IMG/VR virus record: IMGVR_UViG_3300025767_000014 | DNA from: an uncultured virus (IMG/VR IMGVR_UViG_3300025767_000014) | Taxonomy: Duplodnaviria > Heunggongvirae > Uroviricota > Caudoviricetes | DNA length: 64,000 bases | Reading direction: 5' to 3' (one strand) | Shown: positions 28,516-37,513 of the stretch, piece by piece | Layout: every line of letters begins with the position of its first letter | Position numbering within the stretch: the first letter of the stretch is position 1 | Made by a program: the position numbers and the translations under genes | The notes under the pieces: generated by a model | Told to the model about the DNA's origin: nothing | Database searches by the model: none | What the model saw: only the letters and a program-made list of their open reading frames with translations

Positions 28516-30141
28516 TTATATACTCGTAAAAGTTTCATCAAGTGTTGAGCTTAGTCGTCCTGTTTCCGGAGAATAAGCGGCAGCTCCAGCTGACCCGGTT
28601 TTTCCAGTGAATCGTGACTTGAGGACTCTAAACTTAATGGTGTTTCTTTCTGTATCATTGTCTGATACCAAGTTTCTCGCAAAGGCAATAATGTCGAACG
28701 AGATCTGCTTGATCGAGCCACTGCCTTTGATATCATCGATCGACGCAAGGTTACCCTCCTCAAATGATTTGCCACCGCCTGGTGCTTTTCTCAGGTGTGA
28801 GATTAGACCAAGCCATATGTTATGTTTCTTCACAATCTTAAGTAGATCACTCATGAGTTTATCTACCGCTTCGTTACCACCCAATCCTTCAGAGCCTTCA
28901 GATACTGCAATGGTAATGTGATCAAGGATGAGATACTTACAACCCATGAGCGCCATGTATTCAATCTTATCCAAGAGCGAAGTGTCCGAACAAGATCCTT
29001 GATGGTCGAGAAGTACAAGCCTTTCGTCCTTGAAGACCTGCTCAAATCCTTTTCTAAGTTCCGCATCTGAGATAGCCTTAAGGTCCATGCTAGATCGCTG
29101 GAGTGCCATACCGATAAACTTTTCTGCAGTATCTCCAACACTTTCTTCGAGAGATATAAGTCCAATCTTATCGTTAGTCTTAGCCAGTAAGTCAAGAGCA
29201 ATCTCTTTAATGACAGTAGACTTACCGCTACCAGTGCCAGAAGTAAATAAAGTAATTTCACCATGTCGTATTCCATTTAGTTTATTGTTAAGTCCATCAA
29301 GACAGGCAGGGTATGGGATGCTTTCAATTGACTGGCGAGCTTTGAACTGTTCCCAGATTGGTTCGCCAACTACAATACCAGCTGGTGACCAGGTCTGTGC
29401 ATCCCAGTAAGCTTGAAGTAATTTAGAAGAGCCATGCTTTAGTAGCTCATCTGATGGATCTTTTTCTATTAGCTTAGCAACTTTACATCTACCAGCACCA
29501 ATAATCTTTGCTGCTTTCTCGACAGCTGCTTTACCAGCTTCATCTTGATCAAAGAATAGTACAACGGTTTCAAAGCGTCGGATAAATGACAGTTGATCTA
29601 GTAGTACTTTAGTACCTGATGCAGATGGGATGGATACTACAGGAAATACTTTGTTGTACTTATCATAGAACGCTTGAGCCATTGCGCAAGCATCTAGTTC
29701 GCCTTCAGTAATTACAAGAGACTTGCCACCCATGGCTTGTGCTTGGCCGAATAGTTCTGTATTACTAAAGTCTCCGTGTGTACGAAAGTCTTTAGGTAGT
29801 TTACGTTCTTTGTACGCTGTGACTTTACCGTCTTTAGTATAAGGGTAGTAGTGAGAACCTCCAGAACCGTCAGGGTTTACTGCCATCTTAATTCCGAAGT
29901 GATCGACCACTGACTTTGAAATACCTCTGCTTGTAATAGCAAAACTATTTAGGTCTGCAATTTCATCTAGTCTAGTAGTTGAAGTTGCTGTAGATAAGGC
30001 ATTGAATTCATTCATATTTTCTGGTACTTTCTTTGTTGAGTAGTTACATGAGAAACAGTGTGCGCCATCATCGTAGATAGTAAATGCATCTGATGAATCA
30101 CATTTAGGGCATTCTGTTTGTACGTATCGTGTCATCTCCAT
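28516..30141 (-). CDS. T7 gp4-like primase-helicase
   Basis: N-terminal CxxC..CxxC, TOPRIM EGELD/DQD, Walker A GTGSGKS, LDHITI, SHL, KGSGSIKQ and KSRFTG. Confidence 0.95.
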   Translation of the reverse strand: MEMTRYVQTECPKCDSSDAFTIYDDGAHCFSCNYSTKKVPENMNEFNALSTATSTTRLDEIADLNSFAITSRGISKSVVDHFGIKMAVNPDGSGGSHYYPYTKDGKVTAYKERKLPKDFRTHGDFSNTELFGQAQAMGGKSLVITEGELDACAMAQAFYDKYNKVFPVVSIPSASGTKVLLDQLSFIRRFETVVLFFDQDEAGKAAVEKAAKIIGAGRCKVAKLIEKDPSDELLKHGSSKLLQAYWDAQTWSPAGIVVGEPIWEQFKARQSIESIPYPACLDGLNNKLNGIRHGEITLFTSGTGSGKSTVIKEIALDLLAKTNDKIGLISLEESVGDTAEKFIGMALQRSSMDLKAISDAELRKGFEQVFKDERLVLLDHQGSCSDTSLLDKIEYMALMGCKYLILDHITIAVSEGSEGLGGNEAVDKLMSDLLKIVKKHNIWLGLISHLRKAPGGGKSFEEGNLASIDDIKGSGSIKQISFDIIAFARNLVSDNDTERNTIKFRVLKSRFTGKTGSAGAAAYSPETGRLSSTLDETFTSI

Positions 30142-30153
30142 AACCTTTCTTCT

Positions 30154-30582
30154 TTAGTTTGTCTGATTCTTTTCCGTTTCAAAGAGCTTGCTTGTCTCTT
30201 CTGCAACCTCTTTACCTTCTTGTGCTTTTGATTGTGGAACTCTTCCCACTCGGACGTAAAGGAATTCTCTTCCTTTTGGCACGATAGTTTTGTGTAGTTC
30301 TGCATGATAAACCTTGTTGTCATTGAACTCCTCAAAGATACCTTGGTATGTATCGAGGAGTGGTTTAATTACATTGTCAATATCAGCTGCTCGATTAGAG
30401 AAACCTGCTACAATATAGAAGGTTACTTGCTCATCACCGAAGGGCCACTCGACCCCTCGGATTTCATCACGTAATTCATTTTGATAGTCAATGTAAACTC
30501 TCTGTTTGATTGACTTGTTCCTGTACGTCATGTTGTTTGCTGACAACGGTTTTATTCTGAAGGTGTGTTCTAATATCTTCAT
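30154..30582 (-). CDS. RusA-like Holliday junction resolvase
   Basis: PLSAN, ADIDNVIKPLLD and FNDNKV motifs. Confidence 0.8.
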   Translation of the reverse strand: MKILEHTFRIKPLSANNMTYRNKSIKQRVYIDYQNELRDEIRGVEWPFGDEQVTFYIVAGFSNRAADIDNVIKPLLDTYQGIFEEFNDNKVYHAELHKTIVPKGREFLYVRVGRVPQSKAQEGKEVAEETSKLFETEKNQTN

Positions 30583-31285
30583 ACTCGTTCCATGATGTTA
30601 GCATTCGTAATAAACGATGGCTAACTTCTAATTGTTTTAGGGAAGCGCCGTGTCCTCGCCAAGCTGCTCTAACTCTATTCCATCTACGTTTTTCTGGTAT
30701 ATCCTTCAAAATCTTTTCAGCTTTCTTAGGGCCAATACCTTTTAAGCCGGGAATATTATCTGCATTATCCCCGGTTAAACACTGAAGCATTAATCTTAAA
30801 TGACCTTCGTCATCATCGATAAACTGCCATGTGTCTTTACCGTAGTTGTAATGGTTACCAGGTATTTGTAGTAAGTCTTTATCAATACCACAAATAACAT
30901 ATTGATTTTCGTTTTCTCTGGCTTCATATGCCCAGATAGAAACTAAATCATCTGCTTCCATTCCATCTGCAGCAACTGCACCTTGGTCTAAGGCGTAGCG
31001 ATGCAGAAAGTTTAGCTTATCTTTAATGTCTTGATCAAGATCAGGACGGTGTGATTTGTATTCTGGATAAATATCTTTTCTGAAATTACCCGTACCTTTT
31101 ACTGCATAGTAAGGAGTAAAGATTTCCTCTTCATCAAAAGAATTACAGAGTTTATCTTTAACAGTAAGCTCCATCTTTTTACAGAAATTACTATAGTTCT
31201 TTCGTAGATCTGATTCTGTTGTTGAACCATATGCTACCTTAAAGAAAATAGAATCTGCATCTACTAGCATATTAATGTTTGTCAT
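30488..31285 (-). CDS. 5'-3' exonuclease (T7 gp6-like)
   Basis: VDAD, NFR..YK, EADD, DKDLLQIPG and GDNADNIPGLKGIGPK. Confidence 0.92.
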   Translation of the reverse strand: MTNINMLVDADSIFFKVAYGSTTESDLRKNYSNFCKKMELTVKDKLCNSFDEEEIFTPYYAVKGTGNFRKDIYPEYKSHRPDLDQDIKDKLNFLHRYALDQGAVAADGMEADDLVSIWAYEARENENQYVICGIDKDLLQIPGNHYNYGKDTWQFIDDDEGHLRLMLQCLTGDNADNIPGLKGIGPKKAEKILKDIPEKRRWNRVRAAWRGHGASLKQLEVSHRLLRMLTSWNEYEDIRTHLQNKTVVSKQHDVQEQVNQTESLH

Positions 31286-31302
31286 AAGTGACTCCAGATT
31301 TA

Positions 31303-33138
31303 TTAGTGAACATCTGCATAATTGTTTCCAATAGAACCTTCACCTGCCATGATAGTAACTCCGACTTGTTTAGGTCCTTCAGCAAATGATTCAGTAAGAA
31401 TTTGTAAAACACGATCAGCATCTTTATCTGCAACAGACCAAGCTACTTCATCATGATAGTATAAGCGTGGTTGTGCATCAAGCTTTTCTTCTCTAATCTT
31501 TTCAATTTGGTAAGCAACTGCAGACTTAGTTGTGATTGCTTCACAAGATTGCAATAGGTAATTAAGAGTTTGGTAAGGTTGCGGTGTATATACACGGCGA
31601 CCATCAAGCCCAGGTATATAACCTTCAATGCAATTTGCTGAAGTCTTTTTCCAGATTTCTTCAATTCGGTTTTTCAAATCTTTTAAACCTGGAATGGCAT
31701 CACCATACTTTTCGATTGAATCGTTACCAGCTTTAACAATCTTCTTACCTGTTAGTACTTGTCCTAGCTTAGTAGGACCAGCGCCAAACAAGAAAGCATA
31801 GATCCATGTCTTAGCTGTTCTACGATCTGTGCCAATGATGTCTGCATTATATTGATGGATATCTCCAGACAAGATTTGATTTGTTAGGTTTTGATCAGAG
31901 ACATAATGTGCTAGCGATCTAAATTGGTTACCACTAGAGTCAGCCCCAACAATCTTACGACCTGGCTCAGCTACAAGTAGTTCGCGTAGTTCTTTACCCC
32001 AAGCTGCATTAGCTGATGGTAGGTTAGCGATTACTTCATGACGACAACGGAAGGTAGGTGTACCTACAATCCATAAACGACCATGCAATCTACCATCCTT
32101 TAGTTCACGGAACCAACCTTCGAGTACACCTTTACGTGACCGAAGTGTAGTCCATTCATCGATGAGTAAACCGTGTTCACCAACCTTAGCAAGAGATGTA
32201 GATGTTAGCTTGGGTGATTTCTTTTCCCAGCCATGTACTCCACGTTCCATCTTCCAATCATCAGGTTCCCAGCCAATAGAATATAAATATTCTTTAACCT
32301 GTTCCATGTTACCGAGTGTTGCTTTAACAACCTCTTTACGTTGGAACTCACGACCTGCAGCTAGCATATGTGTGTCAGTAATAGCTACTGGTTTATTAAA
32401 GTATTCACTAAGCATCCGAGCTGTGGTTGCGGTATACTCACCTTTCTTTGTGAACTTCGGAGTCTTAGGAGCTTTGTCAATGTACTTAGTAATCGGTGGA
32501 AGGTTAGGCTCAACCTTAGCTTCAATAGTTTTCATGCGATTAATGATTTGAGAAAGTGTTTCTTTACCTTTCTCTATATCAAACTGCCAGCCATAGTAGC
32601 GGCAGTAAGCATCAAACTTAGCAGCTTCCATCTCACCACGTAAACCTTCACGGATAAGTGGTTGAGTAGCTGAAATAGTTGTTAGCTCTTCCATTAGTTT
32701 CTTAAAGATAGCTGTGTTCAGTTGTACGTCACGCACACAATATGTCATCATCTCTTCTGAGAATTTATCGAACTCATTAAAATCAAACTTAGAGTACTCT
32801 AAGTGCTGACCCCAACCTGCAAGACCATGCTTATGTGGTCTGCGATAGTTCAGTACTTGAGATGCAATCCAAGTATCAAAGAACTTTTTATCATACAAAT
32901 TTAATCCGTAAATCTTTAAGATTTGTAGTGCATCAAATCCAATACCGTTATGTGCTACGAGTAGCTCAGCATTATTAAGGACAGCTAAGCCATCTTTAAT
33001 ATTACCATGGTATTTATCTGAGTAGTCTGTGTATTTCATGACACAACCTGTGTCAATGTTTTGCATGACTAAACACCATACCTTAGTAGCATCTAGTCCG
33101 TCAGTTTCAATATCAAATGTTAGTCTCATTAGTTTCAC
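31303..33138 (-). CDS. polA: Family A DNA polymerase with 3'-5' exonuclease
   Basis: FDIET, HNGIGFD and YCVRDV exonuclease motifs; ADSSGNQFR, RRTAKTWIYAFLFG and HDE polymerase motifs. Confidence 0.95.
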   Translation of the reverse strand: MKLMRLTFDIETDGLDATKVWCLVMQNIDTGCVMKYTDYSDKYHGNIKDGLAVLNNAELLVAHNGIGFDALQILKIYGLNLYDKKFFDTWIASQVLNYRRPHKHGLAGWGQHLEYSKFDFNEFDKFSEEMMTYCVRDVQLNTAIFKKLMEELTTISATQPLIREGLRGEMEAAKFDAYCRYYGWQFDIEKGKETLSQIINRMKTIEAKVEPNLPPITKYIDKAPKTPKFTKKGEYTATTARMLSEYFNKPVAITDTHMLAAGREFQRKEVVKATLGNMEQVKEYLYSIGWEPDDWKMERGVHGWEKKSPKLTSTSLAKVGEHGLLIDEWTTLRSRKGVLEGWFRELKDGRLHGRLWIVGTPTFRCRHEVIANLPSANAAWGKELRELLVAEPGRKIVGADSSGNQFRSLAHYVSDQNLTNQILSGDIHQYNADIIGTDRRTAKTWIYAFLFGAGPTKLGQVLTGKKIVKAGNDSIEKYGDAIPGLKDLKNRIEEIWKKTSANCIEGYIPGLDGRRVYTPQPYQTLNYLLQSCEAITTKSAVAYQIEKIREEKLDAQPRLYYHDEVAWSVADKDADRVLQILTESFAEGPKQVGVTIMAGEGSIGNNYADVH

Positions 33139-33307
33139 TTTCTAGCATATGCTGGTTGAGACATTTAGGGCAGCGGTCTTCAAGTCTATCAATCCACATT
33201 CTGTAATATTCGATTGTGCATGATGGACATTTAATTATTTCAAATGGTAACCCAGTAATATGGTCAACTAAGTTACGCGTCATAGGGTTGTGCAACTGCT
33301 CTGGCAT
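33113..33307 (-). CDS. Small zinc-finger-like protein
   Basis: CPSC..CPKC. Confidence 0.55.
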   Translation of the reverse strand: MPEQLHNPMTRNLVDHITGLPFEIIKCPSCTIEYYRMWIDRLEDRCPKCLNQHMLESETNETNI

Positions 33308-33737
33308 TTACATAATATCCTGCATTAAACTTTGAGGGCCGCAGATTTTTAAGGAAGTCCATATAAGAAAGGATACCTACTACATTAACTTCTACTTCAT
33401 CACCTGCTTTAAGGAGACCCATAGGACGATTAACCCATTCACAGAATATAAATGTGTTGACGTCCGTAGATTGCCAAGCAAGATATGCCATTTTCTTATG
33501 AGCAATATTATAGTATTTGTCAATAAATTTTACGTCAACATTACCATAAACATCGGATACACCATCAACTTTCCAAGATTCGTGGTCATCCCATTCACCT
33601 GTACTAATCATATGGTACTCAAAGATTTCGCATTCAATATCTCTGATAAGCTGTTGCTCAGATCGTTGTCCTGCGTTGTAAATCTTTGAACGCTCTACAC
33701 ACTGGTCGACGAATTCTTGGGTAACTTTGATTTTCAT
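33273..33737 (-). CDS. Hypothetical protein (possible PD-(D/E)xK fold)
   Basis: AGGA RBS; VD...VDVK pattern. Confidence 0.6.
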   Translation of the reverse strand: MKIKVTQEFVDQCVERSKIYNAGQRSEQQLIRDIECEIFEYHMISTGEWDDHESWKVDGVSDVYGNVDVKFIDKYYNIAHKKMAYLAWQSTDVNTFIFCEWVNRPMGLLKAGDEVEVNVVGILSYMDFLKNLRPSKFNAGYYVNARAVAQPYDA

Positions 33738-33748
33738 TTTGTGTCCTT

Positions 33749-33937
33749 TTAATCTTCACCATAAGAGTGTAAACGTTGAAGTTCTTCTCTTGTATGGTAA
33801 GAGCTTGGGGTTATAAGGGCAGCTGAACTAGAAGTATTACAACTAGGACAGAACCATTCTGCTTTATCATTTATAATATAAAGCGCTTCTGCTATTCCTT
33901 CACTACAATGGGGGCAAGGTTTAAAATCAATACTCAT
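33749..33937 (-). CDS. Small zinc-ribbon protein
   Basis: PCPHC..CPSC; start inferred at the coupled ATG (MSIDFKPC). Confidence 0.55.
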   Translation of the reverse strand: MSIDFKPCPHCSEGIAEALYIINDKAEWFCPSCNTSSSAALITPSSYHTREELQRLHSYGED

Positions 33938-34371
33938 TAAAACACCCTTGTTAGAAAACCCGTAGTGTGCGTATGGTCCGGTCCAACCCATCCCTCAGGT
34001 TTAATAAGGTCAGGAAGACCGAGAGGGTTGGGCCTCGTAGCTTTAATACCAGGTTCTTTCGCCATGTTGGCTTCCATAACGGTAGCCCAAGCACCAGCGG
34101 CGTCGCAGCTGAATGCATCCAGTGTACCAATGGCGATAACACATAGGTCAATAAGACCATCAACAATTTCTTGAGGATCACCTTGTGCAAATGCGGTTTC
34201 TGTTTCATTCAATTCTTCTTTCAAAAAGTTAATACGAAACTCTAAGAATTTCTTTAGTGATTCTTTATCACCTGAGTCTATCTTATTATTCACCCAGTCA
34301 TGCACACCAAACTTAGTATGCATGTCTTCGATATGATAATGCCACGGGATTTCTTTGTTAACTGTGTACAT
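33937..34371 (-). CDS. MazG/PRA-PH-like nucleoside triphosphate pyrophosphohydrolase
   Basis: EELNE..EIVDGLID and ANMAK..DLIKPEGW. Confidence 0.8.
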   Translation of the reverse strand: MYTVNKEIPWHYHIEDMHTKFGVHDWVNNKIDSGDKESLKKFLEFRINFLKEELNETETAFAQGDPQEIVDGLIDLCVIAIGTLDAFSCDAAGAWATVMEANMAKEPGIKATRPNPLGLPDLIKPEGWVGPDHTHTTGFLTRVF

Positions 34372-34373
34372 TT

Positions 34374-35165
34374 TTAATCCTTTAATAAATAAGTTAATGG
34401 AGGTTCGTATTTGTATTGGGTAATGTCTAAATCACTAGGAACAAAAGAATACAAATCAGTTTGAGGTTTTAAATCGTATATTGCAGGGTTCCAGGCTAAT
34501 CTACGACATTGCTCTATTGCAGTTTCAATATGCTCAGCATAGATATGTGCATCACCAATAACCATTTTAACGTTTCTTGGCGTAAGGTTAGCTAAGCTGG
34601 AAAAGCATAGTAGCATAACACTTGCTAATACCATATCACTTGGAACACCAATCATCCAATCACCAGAGCGTTGAATCCATAGTAAATCAAGATGAGTACC
34701 ATCGGACCAGAACTGATAGCTGTGATGGCAGCATGGTAAACTAAGATCTTCAAGTCTATCAGGTCGCCATGCATTAATAACCATTCTACGATCTGAAGGG
34801 TTATTGCGTAAGCTGTTTAGCACATACTCCATTTGATTAACGCCATTGTAATCAATCCAAGCATTGCCATAGTCAATATTTATATCACCGTTTTCATCAC
34901 CCCAGTTATCCCAATAGTTACAACCGAATTTTTGAAAGTCGATAATATTTTTAGGGCCTCTAATCATTGCAGCATATTCACCTAGCACCCCTTTGTAAAA
35001 CATTCTACGTGTAGTTAGTAATGGTATATGACCAGTGCTTAAGTCAAATTTAATTTGTTGAAATGGTAGTGAATAAGTTACACCATTACGACCAGTTCTT
35101 GGAGTACCTTGGTGAATAATCTTTTTAGCTGTAAGAATATAATTATGTTCTGCAAGCCAAGCCAT
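34374..35165 (-). CDS. thyA: Thymidylate synthase-family enzyme (Asp at the Asn177-equivalent site)
   Basis: RTGR, PLLTTR, SDRRM, LPCCH, QRSGD and GDAHIY. Confidence 0.85.
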   Translation of the reverse strand: MAWLAEHNYILTAKKIIHQGTPRTGRNGVTYSLPFQQIKFDLSTGHIPLLTTRRMFYKGVLGEYAAMIRGPKNIIDFQKFGCNYWDNWGDENGDINIDYGNAWIDYNGVNQMEYVLNSLRNNPSDRRMVINAWRPDRLEDLSLPCCHHSYQFWSDGTHLDLLWIQRSGDWMIGVPSDMVLASVMLLCFSSLANLTPRNVKMVIGDAHIYAEHIETAIEQCRRLAWNPAIYDLKPQTDLYSFVPSDLDITQYKYEPPLTYLLKD

Positions 35166-35177
35166 ATTGTTTCCTTT

Positions 35178-35369
35178 CTAAATGATACCTAACACCCAGT
35201 TCTCTGCGCAATCTTCTGCGTATTGTTCTGAGTGTCCTTTAATATTACGGTCTTCAATTATTGCAGAGTCACTAATCATAGTGACTGTATATGAACCGTC
35301 TTCTTCAATAAATACATGAGCCTTTCGGTTTTTGTATTGATCGGTTCCATAAAATATATGTAGTTCCAT
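35178..35369 (-). CDS. Hypothetical protein
   Basis: Coupled ORF in the operon. Confidence 0.65.
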   Translation of the reverse strand: MELHIFYGTDQYKNRKAHVFIEEDGSYTVTMISDSAIIEDRNIKGHSEQYAEDCAENWVLGII

Positions 35370-35575
35370 TACTCAACGTGCCTCAAAATCTTTTCGCTAT
35401 ATACATGTAGTACACCACGATCATCTTCAACTACTAAGCGAATAGCACCACTTAGCTTTTCAAATACTGAAACGACGATTCCTACAAACGTGTAATCCCC
35501 GCCAACTTTTTCTACTTTATCACCAACATTAAACATCTTTATCTTTTCCTTTAAATCTATGTTTGAAGAATACAA
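35369..35575 (-). CDS. Small SH3/KOW-like hypothetical protein
   Basis: FNVGDKVEKVGGDYTFVG; the true start is probably the internal Met. Confidence 0.6.
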   Translation of the reverse strand: MYSSNIDLKEKIKMFNVGDKVEKVGGDYTFVGIVVSVFEKLSGAIRLVVEDDRGVLHVYSEKILRHVE

Positions 35576-35691
35576 TCATATTGATTCCCGTATTTATTGT
35601 TATCATGGCAAGGATCCACCATTGCCACCATAATAAGTCTAACCCACTACACTCTATCATTGCTGTTCATCTTGGTAGTCCTCCTACTCTA

Positions 35692-35934
35692 TTAAAATTG
35701 GGATGTCCTATAACTTGCAACAGCACTCTTAACTATTGTTGGATACTTACCCAAATATGTGCCTGCCTCTAAGTCATGTTTAGATATTAGGCGCTTGTGC
35801 TGATGCTCAATCGTGTCCCAGTCTTTAAGCATATCTTTTGCTAGCTGGTCAAACTCTGCATCTGATACTAGCGGATTTGCTTCAACATAGTAGGCATAGG
35901 AACACATAAGGTATTTTGCTACTGGGTGGTTCAT
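35692..35934 (-). CDS. Stand-alone NAD+-dependent DNA ligase domain Ia-like protein
   Basis: YAYYVEANPLVSDAEFDQL matches the LigA YY..D.P.VSDAEYD motif; only 80 aa. Confidence 0.7.
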   Translation of the reverse strand: MNHPVAKYLMCSYAYYVEANPLVSDAEFDQLAKDMLKDWDTIEHQHKRLISKHDLEAGTYLGKYPTIVKSAVASYRTSQF

Positions 35935-36212
35935 TCATCACCTTTATTATTCTCCAAGTATGCTGCAAACATAGCACAATAAACTGCCATATCAATAAGC
36001 GTATCTTCAAGTGCCTCGAAGTTTGTCTCTTGTTTACCTTCAACAATGTTTCGCATGCGCAAATACTTTGTATGAATCATGTGAACATAAGATGTTTCTC
36101 CGAATGGGAAGTAATCTTCTTCAGTCCATTTACCACCTTGGTAATCTTTGGACTTCTTTTCTTTAAGAGCTGCAGCTTCTTTCAATATTTGTACTGCGGT
36201 TACTTTAGCCAT
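35931..36212 (-). CDS. Nucleotide-modification-associated all-alpha protein (DUF1599/Nmad-like)
   Basis: KKSKDY...YFPFG...K.LR...EDTLIDMAVY; AGGAG RBS precedes ATG 36212. Confidence 0.55.
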   Translation of the reverse strand: MAKVTAVQILKEAAALKEKKSKDYQGGKWTEEDYFPFGETSYVHMIHTKYLRMRNIVEGKQETNFEALEDTLIDMAVYCAMFAAYLENNKGDE

Positions 36213-36235
36213 ATTAGGCTCCTTTCTTTTAATCT

Positions 36236-36259
36236 TTGGAGAGGCGGCGTTAGCCGTCT
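36236..36259 (-). promoter_or_regulatory. Candidate vRNAP hairpin promoter (hairpin on + template strand)
   Basis: TT GGAG AGGCGGC GTTA GCCGTCT, 24 nt upstream of a minus-strand start. Confidence 0.6.
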
Positions 36260-36460
36260 GGCTATCCTCAATCTCCTTCATGATTCTTAAATAATCTGTC
36301 ATACTCTTTTTGTTCCTTTTCATTACGTTGTCTTTTTCTATTATATTTCTTTTTGTTTTTAATTATTTGAGGTTTATATTTACGATCACGTAGTAGCTTA
36401 GCATACGGATTTATTGGCTTAATACGCATGAGCCGACTCCGGATGTGGGTTAGTAAAAAT

Positions 36461-36477
36461 TAAATGTCTCCTTAAAG
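36461..36477 (+). promoter_or_regulatory. Putative phage-RNAP promoter TAAATGTCTCCTTAAAG
   Basis: Repeated motif immediately upstream of the only + strand gene in the early arm. Confidence 0.7.
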
Positions 36478-36499
36478 ACAACTTAACTTGGAGGTTAAC

Positions 36500-36904
36500 A
36501 TGGGTTATGAGAACTGTGGAAAGCACCCTAATTCGTTAAAGCAACTCAAGCCCTATATGGACTCTGAGAAAGCTCGTGAGATGCAAGCGAAAGGTGCAGA
36601 AACTCGTAGACGTAATAAAGCACTACGAGAAGCTATGAAATTATCAGCAGCTGAATTTAAGAAAATTCGTGATGAAATTATTACGGAGATGCCGACAGCT
36701 GTTGAAATTCTTAAAGTACAATTAATTAAAGCAATGCAAGTTGAAGACCAGGAAACTATTGAGCGCCTGGCAATTGCATTAGCAGAGTATGAGCAGCCGA
36801 AGCTGCAAAGAATTGACCAGACAACAAAGAATCTTGATGCGACTGCAATGACGGAAGAGGAACTCGACCGCAAGATTAAGGAACTGTCGGATGTGGGTCA
36901 TTAA
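36500..36904 (+). CDS. Putative terminase small subunit
   Basis: GGAGG RBS; KHPNSLKQLKP..AREMQAKG N-terminus, YEQPKL, and MTEEEL C-terminus are typical of TerS-like proteins; late promoter upstream. Confidence 0.55.
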   Translation: MGYENCGKHPNSLKQLKPYMDSEKAREMQAKGAETRRRNKALREAMKLSAAEFKKIRDEIITEMPTAVEILKVQLIKAMQVEDQETIERLAIALAEYEQPKLQRIDQTTKNLDATAMTEEELDRKIKELSDVGH

Positions 36905-36913
36905 AAAGTAGAT

Positions 36914-36955
36914 AAAAGCCACTAGAGATACGCTAAGTATTTCTAGTGGCTTTTT
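36914..36955. terminator. Bidirectional intrinsic terminator
   Basis: AAAAGCCACTAGAGATAC-loop-GTATTTCTAGTGGCTTTTT between convergent genes. Confidence 0.88.
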
Positions 36956-37054
36956 AATTTCAGTTAAGTTACAATGCGAGTATATAATAGAGAGTCAGGA
37001 ATGCAGAGAACCATAGTAGAATTTGCGTAAAGCGTACTGTAAATTCTTTAAAGT

Positions 37055-37219
37055 TCATGATATTGGTCTCGCAACAAAGCGACCGGTTTTAGAATCTCGT
37101 GAGATTTTAAGGAAGCCGCGGTTAGAACTGAGTGTGCCAGGCCGTTTGCCATAGCGTTTAGTAGTACGGCGGAACATAAGATTTTGAGAGCCGATTGGAT
37201 TTACAATAAGTGTTGACAT
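37055..37219 (-). CDS. 54-aa basic protein, absent from ORF track
   Basis: MSTLIVNPIGSQNLMFRRTTKRYGKRPG...RDSKTGRFV; GAGG RBS. Confidence 0.65.
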   Translation of the reverse strand: MSTLIVNPIGSQNLMFRRTTKRYGKRPGTLSSNRGFLKISRDSKTGRFVARPIS

Positions 37220-37222
37220 TAT

Positions 37223-37513
37223 TTAATCCTCAAAAGTTGCTTGAATAGTTTGCTTAGTCCAGAGGACGACTTCTTGATTACACGTGGTTTTGATGTATCG
37301 AGCCATGTCGCGAGTTGGGAAGTCGTTCTCCTTGGTGGAAATTGCTCGTACAATTGTGATAGGTTCTTGCATTGGCAGGCCGTCGTTGTCGCGCCATAAT
37401 CCTTCGGCTTTGTAGTGGGTTGTGCAACCACCGAAGAATATGGCGAATGTGTTGACGACATACTGGATTGCCGAGTCGAACTCGGTAGGTATGTATATTT
37501 CATATTGATACAT
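37223..37513 (-). CDS. SAM lyase (SAMase)/DUF3574-like protein
   Basis: GGCT...EGLW....G....E and A..IK...NQEVVL patterns resemble phage SAM lyases; early-region position. Confidence 0.55.
   Translation of the reverse strand: MYQYEIYIPTEFDSAIQYVVNTFAIFFGGCTTHYKAEGLWRDNDGLPMQEPITIVRAISTKENDFPTRDMARYIKTTCNQEVVLWTKQTIQATFED

Noticed and set aside
36213..36323. N-terminal extension of ORF 35931..36323
   Set aside because: A strong RBS precedes ATG 36212, and the extension contains a hairpin promoter.
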